From Thalia democratica (Eukaryota), in assembly GCA_965202585.1 (NCBI GenBank), contig OZ241833.1:16182001-16246000 (forward strand): 64,000 nt of DNA. The letters run 5' to 3'. Shown piece after piece: positions 13,968 through 25,530 of the stretch; position 1 is the stretch's first letter, and each line of letters opens with the position of its first letter. The translations under genes and the position numbers were made by a program. The notes beneath the pieces were generated by a model. It was not told where the DNA came from. It saw nothing but the letters and a program-made list of their open reading frames with translations, and did not search any database.

Positions 13968-14114
13968 TCACATTACGAGCTGGTGGTGGTCGATGACGAT
14001 TTCGCATCCCTGGTTCACGTGGTTGATGACGCGTGACTTCAGGTCTGTCACCTGCTGCTTCAGTACGTTGATGTTTCCTGTTAGCTCGTGATTGTGAGTT
14101 TTCAGTGCTGCCAC
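13968..14114 (-). CDS. jun: Jun bZIP transcription factor, last coding exon (leucine zipper and C-terminus)
   Basis: After the acceptor CCATCAG| the exon reads VAALKTHNHELTGNINVLKQQVTDLKSRVINHVNQGCEIVIDHHQLVM* (48 aa + TGA). It matches the Jun zipper and the NHVNxGC C-terminal signature, and joins in phase 0 to LEDK of the upstream exon. It is missing from the ORF track. Confidence 0.95.
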   Translation of the reverse strand: MAALKTHNHELTGNINVLKQQVTDLKSRVINHVNQGCEIVIDHHQLVM

Positions 14115-15379
14115 CTGATGGTTTTGAAAAGTTTAAATAGATTTTAAATTAAAATTAGTTTTAACTTTTAAACTGAAAAGCTATATATAAATTAAACGTG
14201 TACATATGCTACTGATAACATGAAAATTATTTTAGGGCTTTGTTAAAAAAAATGTTTTGTGAATAACTTTACAAAAAAAAAGCAATAAGTTATGAACAAA
14301 AACCAAGGGAAAAACTCAATCCTTTATTTAAACAATTTAATGTTTTTGTATAAAACGATTAAAAGCTTTAATTAACTTTTTTATTTCAAATTCAAAATGC
14401 CATAAAGAGTCTTTAAGAAGAATAATACTAGACTAAATTCGTTGATAAGATTGGTATACCTTCTTTTTCGCTCAATAAGATTTAAAGGTAAGTTCTACCA
14501 AATTTAAGTAATAAAAAAAGTTTAAGTTTTAAAATTTAATTGCAATATTTAATTGTAAAGAGATCTAAAAGACTAAGATTTGTATAAAAAAATGTTTTAG
14601 ATGTTTTTCTCGGTTTATACAAAAAAAAGAAAGTACCCCTTAATGAAAATTTTTTAGAGAGTGTATGATAATTAGAATTCTGACAATACATATTTTGAAA
14701 TTTCGAATTTAGATATTTCTGAATCTTGCTAAAATGTGGCTATTTTAATTTATAACAATTTATCACTTGTAACAATTTTTTTTTAGTTGTCTTTATTTTC
14801 AATAAATGTTTTTTATGAGATATAGCTAAAAGAAGTTTCCTAGATTATAAAAATATTGCCATTTTTAGCGATTATGAATTATCTCCTTAAAGGTTTTTTT
14901 TCATAGTTTTTGTTTCAATCATAATCTTAACAAAATGTACCTTATAATACAATTGTTTCAGTTTCAAATTATTTTTGAGGTATAACCCCTTAAAAATCTT
15001 AAAATTATTAAAGAATTAAAGTTGTCAGAAATGAAACTGTTGTAATTTGAATGGTCATGTTTTATTAAAGCATTTAAAACTTAATAGTAAAAGACAGTAA
15101 ACATTTATACAAGTTTTTTTTAAATTATGAAAGTAAAGTCTGAAACAATCCATTGAATTAATGTACCATCACATTAGTTTTAATGTTAGTTGTTGATAAT
15201 CATTTAAACAAATTAAAAGTTAACTATAAGCTGAATTAAAAGACATTTCATAAAATTTCAGCATACAGTTAGATTTTTTCATGTTTTAAGTTTCAAAATA
15301 ATTCCTGGAAATGGATAAGAATAAAACCAAAACAACGGAAACATGTCTATTTAAAATGTATAAAGTTTTGTACTATACC

Positions 15380-15628
15380 GAGTCCTATTGAAATTCTAGG
15401 TGTTTCCCCAATATTTGCTGAGTCAGCATGAAAAATTATCCAAATTTTGTTTTTAAAACATTTTTTTATATGTTTGGGTAAGGTGGGTTAGGGTTAACGG
15501 TATAAATAAAAAAAATAAATAATTTGGATAAGGAGGGTTAGGGTTAAGGGTATAAATTAAAAAAACAAAACAAAAAATGCTGACTCAGCAAAAACTAGGA
15601 GAATTACGTATTTATTAAAATCAGACCC
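15380..15628. mobile_element. MITE (9-bp TSD, Mutator-like) with T-MARE/AP-1 sites in its TIRs, copy 1, inside the jun intron
   Basis: TGCTGAGTCAGCA at 15416-15428 and TGCTGACTCAGCA at 15578-15590. The interior has GGGTTAGGGTTAA modules. Flanks are TACTATACC and TACTGTACC (8/9 identical). Confidence 0.8.
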
Positions 15629-18236
15629 TACTGTACCACAGCTAAAATTATTTTTTAGAGTAAAACAGTCAACTGTTTATTAAACATTCAGGTATATTCG
15701 TTTTTAATAGTAATCAATTAAGCAAAGAGAATGTAATATGAGCAAAGAGTAATGTATTTAACGAAACTTCTTTTAATTAGAAATTTCTAAATGCAAAGTT
15801 TAGAGAACTATTGCATTTTTGAATTCAAGGTCGTTTACAGTTTAAGCTTCTAAACAGATTTAAAAAGCTTAAATAAGTTCATATGGCTGTGTAGAGAATT
15901 GTAAAATTGACATAAAAATGTAACCTCTTATAACTAAATCACATTTAAATAAAAATGAACTTGATAAAAATTTGTTTTTAGTTATTTATAGGTTTTAAAA
16001 GCAATTAATGACAATAACCTGCTTTACAGAAATTAATTTTATTCTTTAATTATTATCATTTTATAATTTTAGTTTTTAATTTAGCGAAAAGTTAAAATTT
16101 TTGTTTTTGTAACTATTATTTTAGTAAGGAGTAATGGTAGAATTTTTTAGCTTTAACTGAGAATGTTTTGAATTTATCGTGTACAACTATTTATTTTAAA
16201 ACTTTTACATACTATTATTTTATATATATATATTTTTTTTTAAATATTGTTACATTTTCGTTTTTGAACTGTGAAAGACACATTTGAAAACAACAATTTA
16301 GTTAGATTATGTAGATAAGACTGTAGGTAAGATTATGTAGATAAGACACGAAACCGGTCGCGAATAAAATATATAATTTGCATAAATCTATTTATATGTA
16401 GATAAGACTAAAAACAAGTTTTTAAATATTCTTTAACGTTTGGGAGATGACTTAATTTCTCGATATTTAAGTTGAACGATGTGTAACTAAAAAATATAAT
16501 CATAAATATAACCTGTAAAATTTGTGCTTAGTAAATATTTTATTGTTTAAATATTAAAATTTATTAAATGTGTATTGATGTGCTAAATGAGCTCAAAGCA
16601 TATTCCTGATCACAAAAGAAAATTAAATCATATAAAAAATTTAGATATGAAACAAAAACTTATAAACAGACTTTGCTTAGTATAACTCTGACACAAAATG
16701 TACAGCTGAATTATCTTAACACATTTAGGTCAACAAACTTGCCTGTTTTACCCTAAAAAACTGTAATACTTTGTTAGTGCGATATAAAACTTATATCTTT
16801 ACCTCAAGTGTTCCAAAACAGAAAATAAAAACTTTAACTAGTTTAAAAAACAACAAAATAAACAGATAAAACTACTTTTGATAGTTTAAATATAAGCATT
16901 AATTATAAAAAAGTCTTATTTGTTATTTACATTTTAAACTAATAAAAAAATCAAGTATATGGAATACATGGTATGAACATTGAAGGTATAAATTTTAGAA
17001 AAAATTAAACGAGTAATTTATGTCTAAACAGAACTAATTTTAGAATAAACATATAAATGACTACAGTAACCAAAATGAAAATTTTCCATATAGTATAAAA
17101 TGTAGTGAAGTAAAATTTTGCTAATCTGGTTGTAAAGATCAGAAATTATACTTTAGAATTTACTATATCTTAAGTGAAATGGAAACTGGCTTTAAGAATT
17201 TAAAAGTTACTGCATAATAAACTAACTTAAAAAACTGACATTCCTGAAATTCGATAAACTAGATTTTACATAAGTTTTCAAAAAAGCTGTTAACTTTAAT
17301 CCAGCTTGAAACACAAAAAGAAAATAAAAATAAGGAATTCCGGTCTTAAAGCCCATTATGAATTCGTCAGTTCTACTATACGACATCGCAGCTACAAGAA
17401 GACTTTAATGAAGACCTTTGTGTCATTCTTACAGGTAGCTAAAATGGTTCTCAAGTATGTGTACTTGTTGCACTATTTCTTATATATAAATTTACTTAAA
17501 ATACCTAATAAATAAATATATAAATAAAAAGCTAATAAATAGTTAAAAAATTATAGTTTAATAATTAAGATTCAACAATAGTTAGAAATAACTTATCCTT
17601 AAAAATCCTTAAAAATTTTTCGGATAACGACCTGGGTATCAAATATAAATTAAAACTAACAAAAAAATATTCTATGTAGAAACTGCGTACCTAAAAAAAA
17701 GTTTTATATCCCATATAGAAGATGCTGTAATCGAAAGATATTTTTACAAATAAACTATACACATGTAGATGATATTCTACAACTAGTTTTAGAGTTTTAA
17801 AACGATGGAAGCAGATTGAATTTTACAGTATGTAATTAATGCTAATCAAAAAACAGAAACTATAAAAGATTACTTAGATTGCTTCAAACGGAAAAACAAC
17901 ATTTCTAAACGTTTATTAGTCTTTTTATTCTTGTTTTCACTGTTATTTACATTAAATTTAGCATTTTTATTTTTTTTTATTCATTTAATCTCATATAATC
18001 GAATACAATAAATTATCGTAGACAAAGTTCAAAAGGTATAAACTTACAGTGTTACTTTAATTACATTGATCCCTTGATAAAGTTAGAACTGAAAAGCTTT
18101 GTGAGAAATACATTTAATTTGAGAATAAGTAGTTTTTCTTTTATAATTTTAAGATACAAGTATTATATAAAGTCAAAAAATTGTTGCTTCAATAAACCAA
18201 AACATTGAAAAACTAATGATTAAACTTGGTATAAAG

Positions 18237-18310
18237 ACAAATTATACAATAATCCTCCTTTATTGTACCTAACAAAGGGTACAATAAAGGAAGATTATTG
18301 TATAATTTGT
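18237..18310. repeat. 74-nt near-perfect hairpin (33-bp arms, 1 mismatch, 8-nt loop) in the jun intron
   Basis: ACAAATTATACAATAATCCTCCTTTATTGTACC-TAACAAAG-GGTACAATAAAGGAAGATTATTGTATAATTTGT. Confidence 0.9.
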
Positions 18311-18687
18311 TTTTATTTATATTCCAGTGAACTTGTTTCACTAGGATCTTTTGTTAGCAACAATTGAATCTATAGTTTTGAACAGTTAAACTTTGTATAT
18401 ACATACTTTAGGTTTAGAGTAAAGTTTACAAACTTTTAACTTCAGCGCCTATTAAAACCTATTAGTATTTTGGTAAAACTTTTACTAGATAAAATTTAAA
18501 AGAATTGTTGCTAAAAACTAATTTTCAAACAATATAAAATAGCTTCTAGTTTTTAAAGTATATTGTTTAGAAGTTTTGTGAACATCTTTCAATTAAGTAC
18601 GTAGATCTTCATAATTATCATTAGAGTATAAACCCTGCAGAAAAATACTAATGAAGTTTTTCGTAATAAAAAATTGAAACAACAAAC

Positions 18688-19425
18688 TTTGTCTTCCAAT
18701 TTACTGATTCGTTCCAGTTTTCTTCTTCTGCACTTGTGGGCAGCGATCCTATTCCTCATCCTCTTCCTTTCAGACTTGATTGCTTCCTGATGCTCCATGT
18801 TTATTGGGGATACCGGTGGCGATCCAAGTTCGCTTTTTACCTGGTAGCCACCAGGAAACTGCACCAGTTGCTGAGTATCTCCGTGAAAGCTGTTGTACAT
18901 TGATGTGGATGGACATTCCATAAACTGAGGGAGTTTTTCTTTGTCCTCTGTGTAAATGAGACTGGCTAGAGATGACGAAGAAGCAGATGCATTGTCGAAA
19001 TCTGATGATTTTAAAATGATTTCAGGAGTTGAAACTTGTGGCATTTCTCCTTGCATGTGAAGTTTCAGGTCCATTTGGTAGTCGTGGTTCGGGTTGAAAA
19101 TCGCAGAGTTTGGCGTGATGGGGGGAAGCCCGTAGGACAAGTGGGGCATCGAAAATTGAGGGTCGTTGTTACTTGAACTGCTCGAGTTGCTGCTGAGAGC
19201 AGACGCTCCACCGTTGTTAGAATAGTCGACGATGGAGTTTGTCGTTGCAACTATCGGTGTGATGCTCCTTTGGTGGTCTACTCTGCCGTAGGTGGAGTAA
19301 ATTTTTTCAGTGTTTGTCGCTATTGAGTCCGGAGAGGGAACTTCGTAACTGCCAGTGGTGTCTAACTTTTGTCCTTCTGGAGCATAATTGTCCTGCTGAT
19401 TGTAGCATCTTTGAACCTGATTCAT
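18688..19425 (-). CDS. jun: Jun bZIP transcription factor, main coding exon (N-terminus, SP/TP sites, basic region)
   Basis: The ORF contains [45 protein letters not shown], matching the Jun-family pre-basic and basic region. It is GC-richer than its flanks. The spliced product is 294 aa. Confidence 0.95.
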
Positions 19426-19445
19426 GATTCTTGTATTTATTTAGT

Positions 19446-19460
19446 CTACAAATAAAAGTT
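19446..19460 (-). promoter_or_regulatory. 3' splice acceptor 20 nt upstream of the jun ATG (5'UTR intron or trans-splice site)
   Basis: The minus strand reads AAAACTTTTATTTGTAG|ACTAAATAAATACAAGAATCATG. Confidence 0.6.
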
Positions 19461-19880
19461 TTTATTTTTTTTTTTTTGCAGATCAAAAACTTAAAACTTT
19501 AAGTACTGATGAAACTCTTTGTTGTTTGAAGTAATTAATTATCATATACTTTAGTAACTTTATTGACTGAACAAATAGTTGTTTATAGGGTTTTAATATA
19601 AAATTATTTAAATGAAAATTATTTTTTATTTATTTTGTTGTATAAATATAACTAAGATGCCTTTAATATAATTTTATCATTAACTTTTTTTGATGGATAC
19701 AAAAACTTCGTCGGCAAGATCTACGGATTAAACTTTGCCTATTTCAAAATAAATTAAAGATTCTGTTAAAGTTGAACGAGAGTTATTTAAGCACTAGTGT
19801 TAGAATTTAGTCTACTATTTATTTGTAGTGGTTTAGATATTCTAACAGAAACACTTGCCTTTATTGTAAATGAATATATT

Positions 19881-19992
19881 GTTTATTGAACGACAAAAAA
19901 CGCTCAAAAGTTTGGTCCAAGGACCTAGTGCACAAAAAAGTCTTTCGATTATCGAATCATACACCAAAATAGTTTAACGTCATGCCCAGGAC
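19881..19992 (-). repeat. About 120-bp interspersed repeat (SINE-like), copy 1
   Basis: GTTTATTGAACGACAAAAAA...GGACCTAGTGCAC...CTTTCGATTATCGA...TTTAACGTC is shared with 41059-41177 and, inverted, with 34224-34343. Confidence 0.75.
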
Positions 19993-20286
19993 ATGTTTCA
20001 ATTGAACTTTAGATAGATGTATAAGCTTGATATATAAATATCTTATACTTATCGTTTTTTGTTAGTTTCACAATAAAAACAGTTATATTAGTGATTTGTA
20101 TAAAAGTGACCCAGCACATGAAGCAGAAATATCCTGCCAGCTTATAGCTTAAAAAAAAAAAAGTTTTGATATAATTTTTATGTACAAATATGCTTTAGTT
20201 TAATTGTGCAAAAATAAATATAATTTTTTGAGAATATTTTTATATAAAGACTCTTTTGTAACTAAGTCTAATATTACTTTTTAGGC

Positions 20287-20386
20287 CAGGGTGGTATGCG
20301 AAAACTTATATCTAGCAAACCCGGCTCACAAAATGTTTTTAAATAACTTGACATAATACTTAAAAGAGACTGCCCTTAAACCCCTG
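20287..20386. mobile_element. Short hAT-type MITE remnant
   Basis: Begins CAGGGTGG and ends AACCCCTG. The TSD is poorly conserved. Confidence 0.4.
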
Positions 20387-23289
20387 TTACAGACATATTC
20401 ATAATCAAGACATATTTTCAATAATAATAGTAAAATGTAAAGTTCCATGGGTATATCTCAATTAACAAATGTGAAAACTTTTACTTTTAATCTTATTCAA
20501 TCTATACATTATATATATATATACATCACGTATAAATAGATACATAAAGGTTCAAATATAACTTAGTTGAAGTACTTAAAGCCTTGTATATCAACTATAT
20601 TTACCTAAATTAGAAGTCTTAAAAATGCTTGGTCCTCATTTGCTATGAAAACAAAAACATTTCTTGTTAAAGTAATATTTTTTTCTGAACTTATATTTTA
20701 ATTTAAAAACGTATTATTTTACAATAATTCGTGTTACAAGTTTATTTGCCGCAGAGGTAATATTTGTCTATTCAAAAGTTAAATAAATTTAATTACTTTT
20801 AACCTTTTTAACTAATTTTTTCTAGAAAGTAAAACTAACTTTGTTTTTACTTAAATTCTCGTAAAACTATTCAATAAAGTTAAATAATGCAAGTTTCAAT
20901 AAAGCTTTTGACTAATTTAATATTCTTTATTTATCTAAGTAGGTAAACCGTTATAGCTGTATTGTTAATCATTGCCAAAAGATTTCAAAGTTTTAATTTA
21001 TTTTCACTAAAAAACTAATTTTATTTAAAGATGAGATTATTTATTAGGTTGAAAACTGGTTTAATTTATTAATAAACGTCAGAGATGTTTTAGATCATAG
21101 TAAATGAAACTCTTTGAGAAGAGTTAAAAATTAATTATCTAAAAAATTAAATAAAGACAACCAAAGAAGAAAACACACAAAAAAACAGTTGATAGAATAA
21201 TGTAGTTTAGATAATATTAAATTTTCAATATATTTTCATATGTAAAAAACTCAAATTTTATCTTTGTTGAGATATATTCTACTAAATTAATAACCTGTAT
21301 GGTGAGCTTTAGTTTAAATACTATATTCTTATCAAAAATGTTCAGTCCCTGTGGACAAAGTAATTGAATAGATAGCTTTTCTACAGCTGCTTTACTAAAA
21401 CTTTACAAGCTGAAGTCTTAAGAGTACTAAAAAATTATTTAAATTTCAATATGTAAACAATATTTTTAATAAAAAATTTTAAAAATTTAAAAATTCATTT
21501 CGAAACAGTACTAATTGAGTTCAAAATCATTTATAATATTTAGTTTAAGCTAAAAATAAGACTTTTACTATATGTTCTACAAGTTATATATTTTTCTAGT
21601 AAAATAGCTAAAGTTAAAAAAAAGAAGTAATTAAGTAGTTTTTAAGAATAATACTTATAATAGCATTTGTTAAAAAGTTTACAGAGTTTTGATAGCTTTA
21701 TCATATAGTTAGATATAACTAAACTGTAAAAAATAGCAATTTCAAATCAATTAAAAAAGTCAATAATTAAAAATCTAATAAAAAAATTAAAAAAGTTATT
21801 ATATTAAACAAGCGTTGGAATTTTTTTCTATAAACTTCAAAAAATGTATAAAAGAGTATACTATTTTGACAAATTTAAAATTTCAGCTGCATAGCTGTTA
21901 ATAATATTTACTAAATTAAAAACAATCACAACACTTTTAATTCTATACATAAAAATAAAGTAAGTTAAAAGTTTAGAACATTAATTAAAATTTCATAAAA
22001 TATTTAATATTAGTGTATTAAGTTGAAGTATTTTATAAGATTGTTTTGAATTAACTTATAATAAAAGTCATTCAGTTAATCTTTGTTTATATACGATCAA
22101 AGAGTATAAATTAAATGGTTAGTTAATGAAAATCTTATTTAGAAATTTTTAAAATCCATCAACAGTTAAAAGACATACTTTCACTGCTTTAGGTTTCCGC
22201 TTCTAAGCGTTGTTTAAAAATCAACTAACACAGCAATAAAAGTTAGATAAACTTAAGATTAGTCGAACTTTTTTTAACATCTTACAAAGTTATAATTTTT
22301 AATTAAGCTAGTTGTTAAAATTCAGAGCTATCATTGGTTTAATTTAAAAAATCTTACTACATAGTTTTTGTGTTCTAAAACTTTATATACCATTATACAT
22401 TATCAGTTCTTTAATATTTTGAACTATTTATAATTTTAATGGAAGAAAAAGGCAATAATAACTTAGTTTGAAGTAAAACTACGAGACAACTAAATAAAGT
22501 TATTAGACACAACCATACTATGATCAACTTTCATATATTATAAGTATTTTTCTATTTACATGTTTATAAATATATTCAAAACCTAAAAATCAACTACTTT
22601 ATATACTTAATCATACATTAAATCTTAACAACAAGCGTTAATCTATTTATTTTATATAAAATAGTCAAATAAACTCAACTAAATAAAAAGTAGTTTTTGA
22701 CACATAGCTTTGTTCATTACAATAAATATATAAAATTTAGTAGTTTTGAAAGAATATTATAAATATAATCTTACGTAGAATTATTTTAGAAAACTATTGG
22801 CTGTTAGTTGTTTAGTACTTATGTACCACTATAATCTAAAAAAGATAATACATTTAGTATTTTTTAGAAGGTAAACTACTTTAATTTTTTATTAAAAACT
22901 TTCTCCCGTAAAAACTAGCTTTACTTTTAACTTTAATAATTTACATTGTGTAAACTTAATAATCTTATTTAACCAATGTTTTTTTTATTTTTGAAATTGA
23001 AAACATCTAGTTTGTGAGACTTTAAAAAAGCTTAGTTTAAGTACAAAAAAATTAGGAAAATGTCAACAAGTAGTAAAATAAACCCTCATACTTTTATTTT
23101 ATGTCTTTGCCAAAGTGCTCAACTTTTTATTAAATGTCTTATTGTGTAAGTAAAAGATTACAATTGGTTTTTGTTCAGTAAAAGCTGCAGCAAACTAAAA
23201 ATAAGTGGCAAAAAACAAACGAACGAATCTTTTTTCTACTAGCAGAAGTTTGGTGAGCTCCATTTGACTTTTGTTAAGACAGTTCGATG

Positions 23290-23345
23290 AAAACGCTGCT
23301 CATTGGTGAATCGTGACGTAATAGAGGAGAGAGAAAAGGGGAATT
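23290..23345 (-). promoter_or_regulatory. Candidate jun proximal promoter (CRE/ATF-like site + CCAAT box)
   Basis: The minus strand has a pyrimidine tract, then TTACGTCA (23321-23314), then CCAAT (23306-23302) in a locally GC-richer patch. An Inr-like TTAGTT near 23195 and a donor-like AAAA|GTATGA at 23091 follow downstream. Confidence 0.45.
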
Positions 23346-25100
23346 TTATCCTACTTTAGAAACAGTGCGCCTAGCTGCTAAATGTAAATTTTAAACAAAC
23401 TAGTGATTTTTTTAAATAAATGAACAAATCATTGTATTGTAAACGTTTAAGTTTACTCCTGGTTTCAAATTGAATAGCTGAAGTCTACTATCTTGTTTGT
23501 TGTAACAAGATAGTTTTTTCTTGTACTATTTTTGTAAAATAGAGCTTAATAAAACTTGGAGTCAAAAATATCTAACTTTCTAATAATGCAATAACTGTAA
23601 AAAAAAGTATATAAAGAATAATGAATTTATGAATACGGTTTATGAACATATATTAAAAAAATGAAGATATATTAGAAAGTCATATATTGTTAAATAATTC
23701 ACTTTTACATGTAGAAAAAAGCAAAAATATTAATAACTTTTTAAAACATGTATTTTTGACTTTGATTAAAAAATAAACTTTTGTATTTTAGCATAACCTT
23801 TTGTTAAAATCCATTTTAGATATATATATAAAGTTGTGATTTTGTTTTAAACTTAAAAAAAACCTTATTATTCTTTTAATAAGTATTTTTGAAAATAAAA
23901 AAGTTTAATAAAATTAAGTTTCGAAATCTGACCGTCTTACAATTGAAAAAAGCTCAACTACAAATATATTTATGAAAACACTTTAAAAACTATGAAACAA
24001 CAAAACTAAAATACAAGCACAAATACAGACTGGCAGCATGCAAAAGTTTTTATAATTTCGTTTTAAAGGAGAGAAATTTAAGAAAAAATAAGATAACAAC
24101 GAGAGCGTATATTGTTACGTATTTTACACTTCTTTGCTTTAAACAAGAAGCTTTTGCCATAACAAAAAGTTTAGTACATTTTAGTGTTATTTCAGACACT
24201 AGCTGCAAAAAAAAATTAAGTAAGACTTTGCTGGTCCTCTTTTTTTTTTTTGAATCGTTCTACATTAGATTGTGCTTTATTGTCAACCTGGTTAAAAACT
24301 TCAAAAGTGTAAATAACATGTAATATAATTTAAGTGGTACCTAGTAAATTATTTGTGTTAAGTTTATTTAAAATAATTTTTCAATATTATAAAATATAAT
24401 TAGCTATTTTACTATGTATACTATCAAATCAAAAAAACTTGTATATAAAAAATTGCTTATGTTTCTACCTGATCTTGTCTGAACTAAAAATTGCTATCAA
24501 TATTCTTCTTAAACTCATTAGAGAGAGAGCTATAAAGGCAAAGAAAGTATTAAAGAAATTAAAATAAACTTAAATAAGTTGTATAAATTATTTTATACCT
24601 GTCTAGATAAATTTATACGCTACCAATATGTAATTTTAACTTATTCATACATATTAGAAAAAGAAAGAGAAAATTATAATAAATAACTAATAAACTACTC
24701 TATTTTTTTAAATTTAAGCTAGCTACATAAAATTTAAACAAAATGTTTATATTAAATATAACGCTTAAATCAGTCAAGGACACAACAAATTTTTTGTTTG
24801 TGATTTTTCAACGGCATCAATAACTAAAGAAACCAAATAATTATTTAGAAAAATATACAAATTTTTAGTACATAAAATTTTAAAGATGTTGGTTTTTTAT
24901 TTTTTGGTTCATAAGTTTTAAAGGTTTTTTAAATATATTAATAACATATAACTTTTCTTATATTAACAATTTAAAATACGTTAGTTTATAAAAAGTAAAG
25001 TTTGTAATTTTTAAATAAAAATTTTAACTATTTATAAATATAAAAGCTTTAAAACTTGACTTTTATGTAGAATTATTAAATATTATAAGTAAATTTTTTT

Positions 25101-25530
25101 AGGGAGGTGTCAAATATGCACGAAGAGACACTATTGCACGAGGAATTACTTTTTTACGGGTTTACTTCTTTTATTATTAATTATTATTGTTTTTTTACTA
25201 TCACTGTTAACCTTTACCGTTGGTTGGTTACTTTTTTTATTTTTGTTATTCTGTTTTTCATAAATATTATTTTATCAATTTTTTCTTATTTATACATTTA
25301 TCACTGTTACCCCTTATCCTTAATCGTTTATTTTTTAACTAATACTTTTTGTTTTTATTACAGTTTTTGTTTTGTTTTACTATTACTGTTACTCCTTACC
25401 TCTGGTCGGTGTTTTTTTATTAACTTTTTTTCTTTTTAGTTTATCTTTTTTACTCTCGTGGAAAAGTGACCCCTCGTACAAAAGTGTCTTCTTGCAAAAG
25501 TGACCCTTCGTGCATATTTGACCCGTCACC
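25101..25530. mobile_element. GGG-ended modular MITE family, copy C
   Basis: Left AGGGAGGTGTCAAATATGCACGAAG and right CTTCGTGCATATTTGACCCGTCACC, with three degenerate TCACTGTTA..CCTTACC modules. Confidence 0.85.

Larger units (their letters stand above)
14115..18687 (-). other. jun: 4573-bp GT-AG intron of jun, interrupting the first heptad of the leucine zipper
   Basis: Donor AAA|GTTTGT at 18687 and acceptor CAG|GTG at 14115. Splicing restores ...[11 protein letters not shown]|VAALK... Confidence 0.9.

Noticed and set aside
15475-15552. GGGTTAGGGTTA as telomere or interstitial telomeric array
   Set aside because: Only 1-2 units per module, embedded in MITE interiors. There is no tandem TTAGGG array.
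18589-18687. C-terminal 32 codons of the track ORF 18589-19425 as the normal Jun C-terminus
   Set aside because: This is intron sequence. The true zipper is at 14114-13968. It is kept only as a speculative retention isoform.
19065-19250. Alternative-frame 61-aa ORF inside jun
   Set aside because: Short overlapping frame in GC-richer coding DNA, with no supporting features.
19506-19535. Other CTGATGA hammerhead-like strings (19506; also about 3020 and a degenerate one at 46868-46891)
   Set aside because: The GAAA box or the CTGATGA box is wrong and no stem I can be formed.
7655-25439. Track ORFs 7655-7984, 9044-9241 and 25107-25439
   Set aside because: They are F/L/I-rich translations of T-rich MITE interiors with non-ATG starts inside TIRs.
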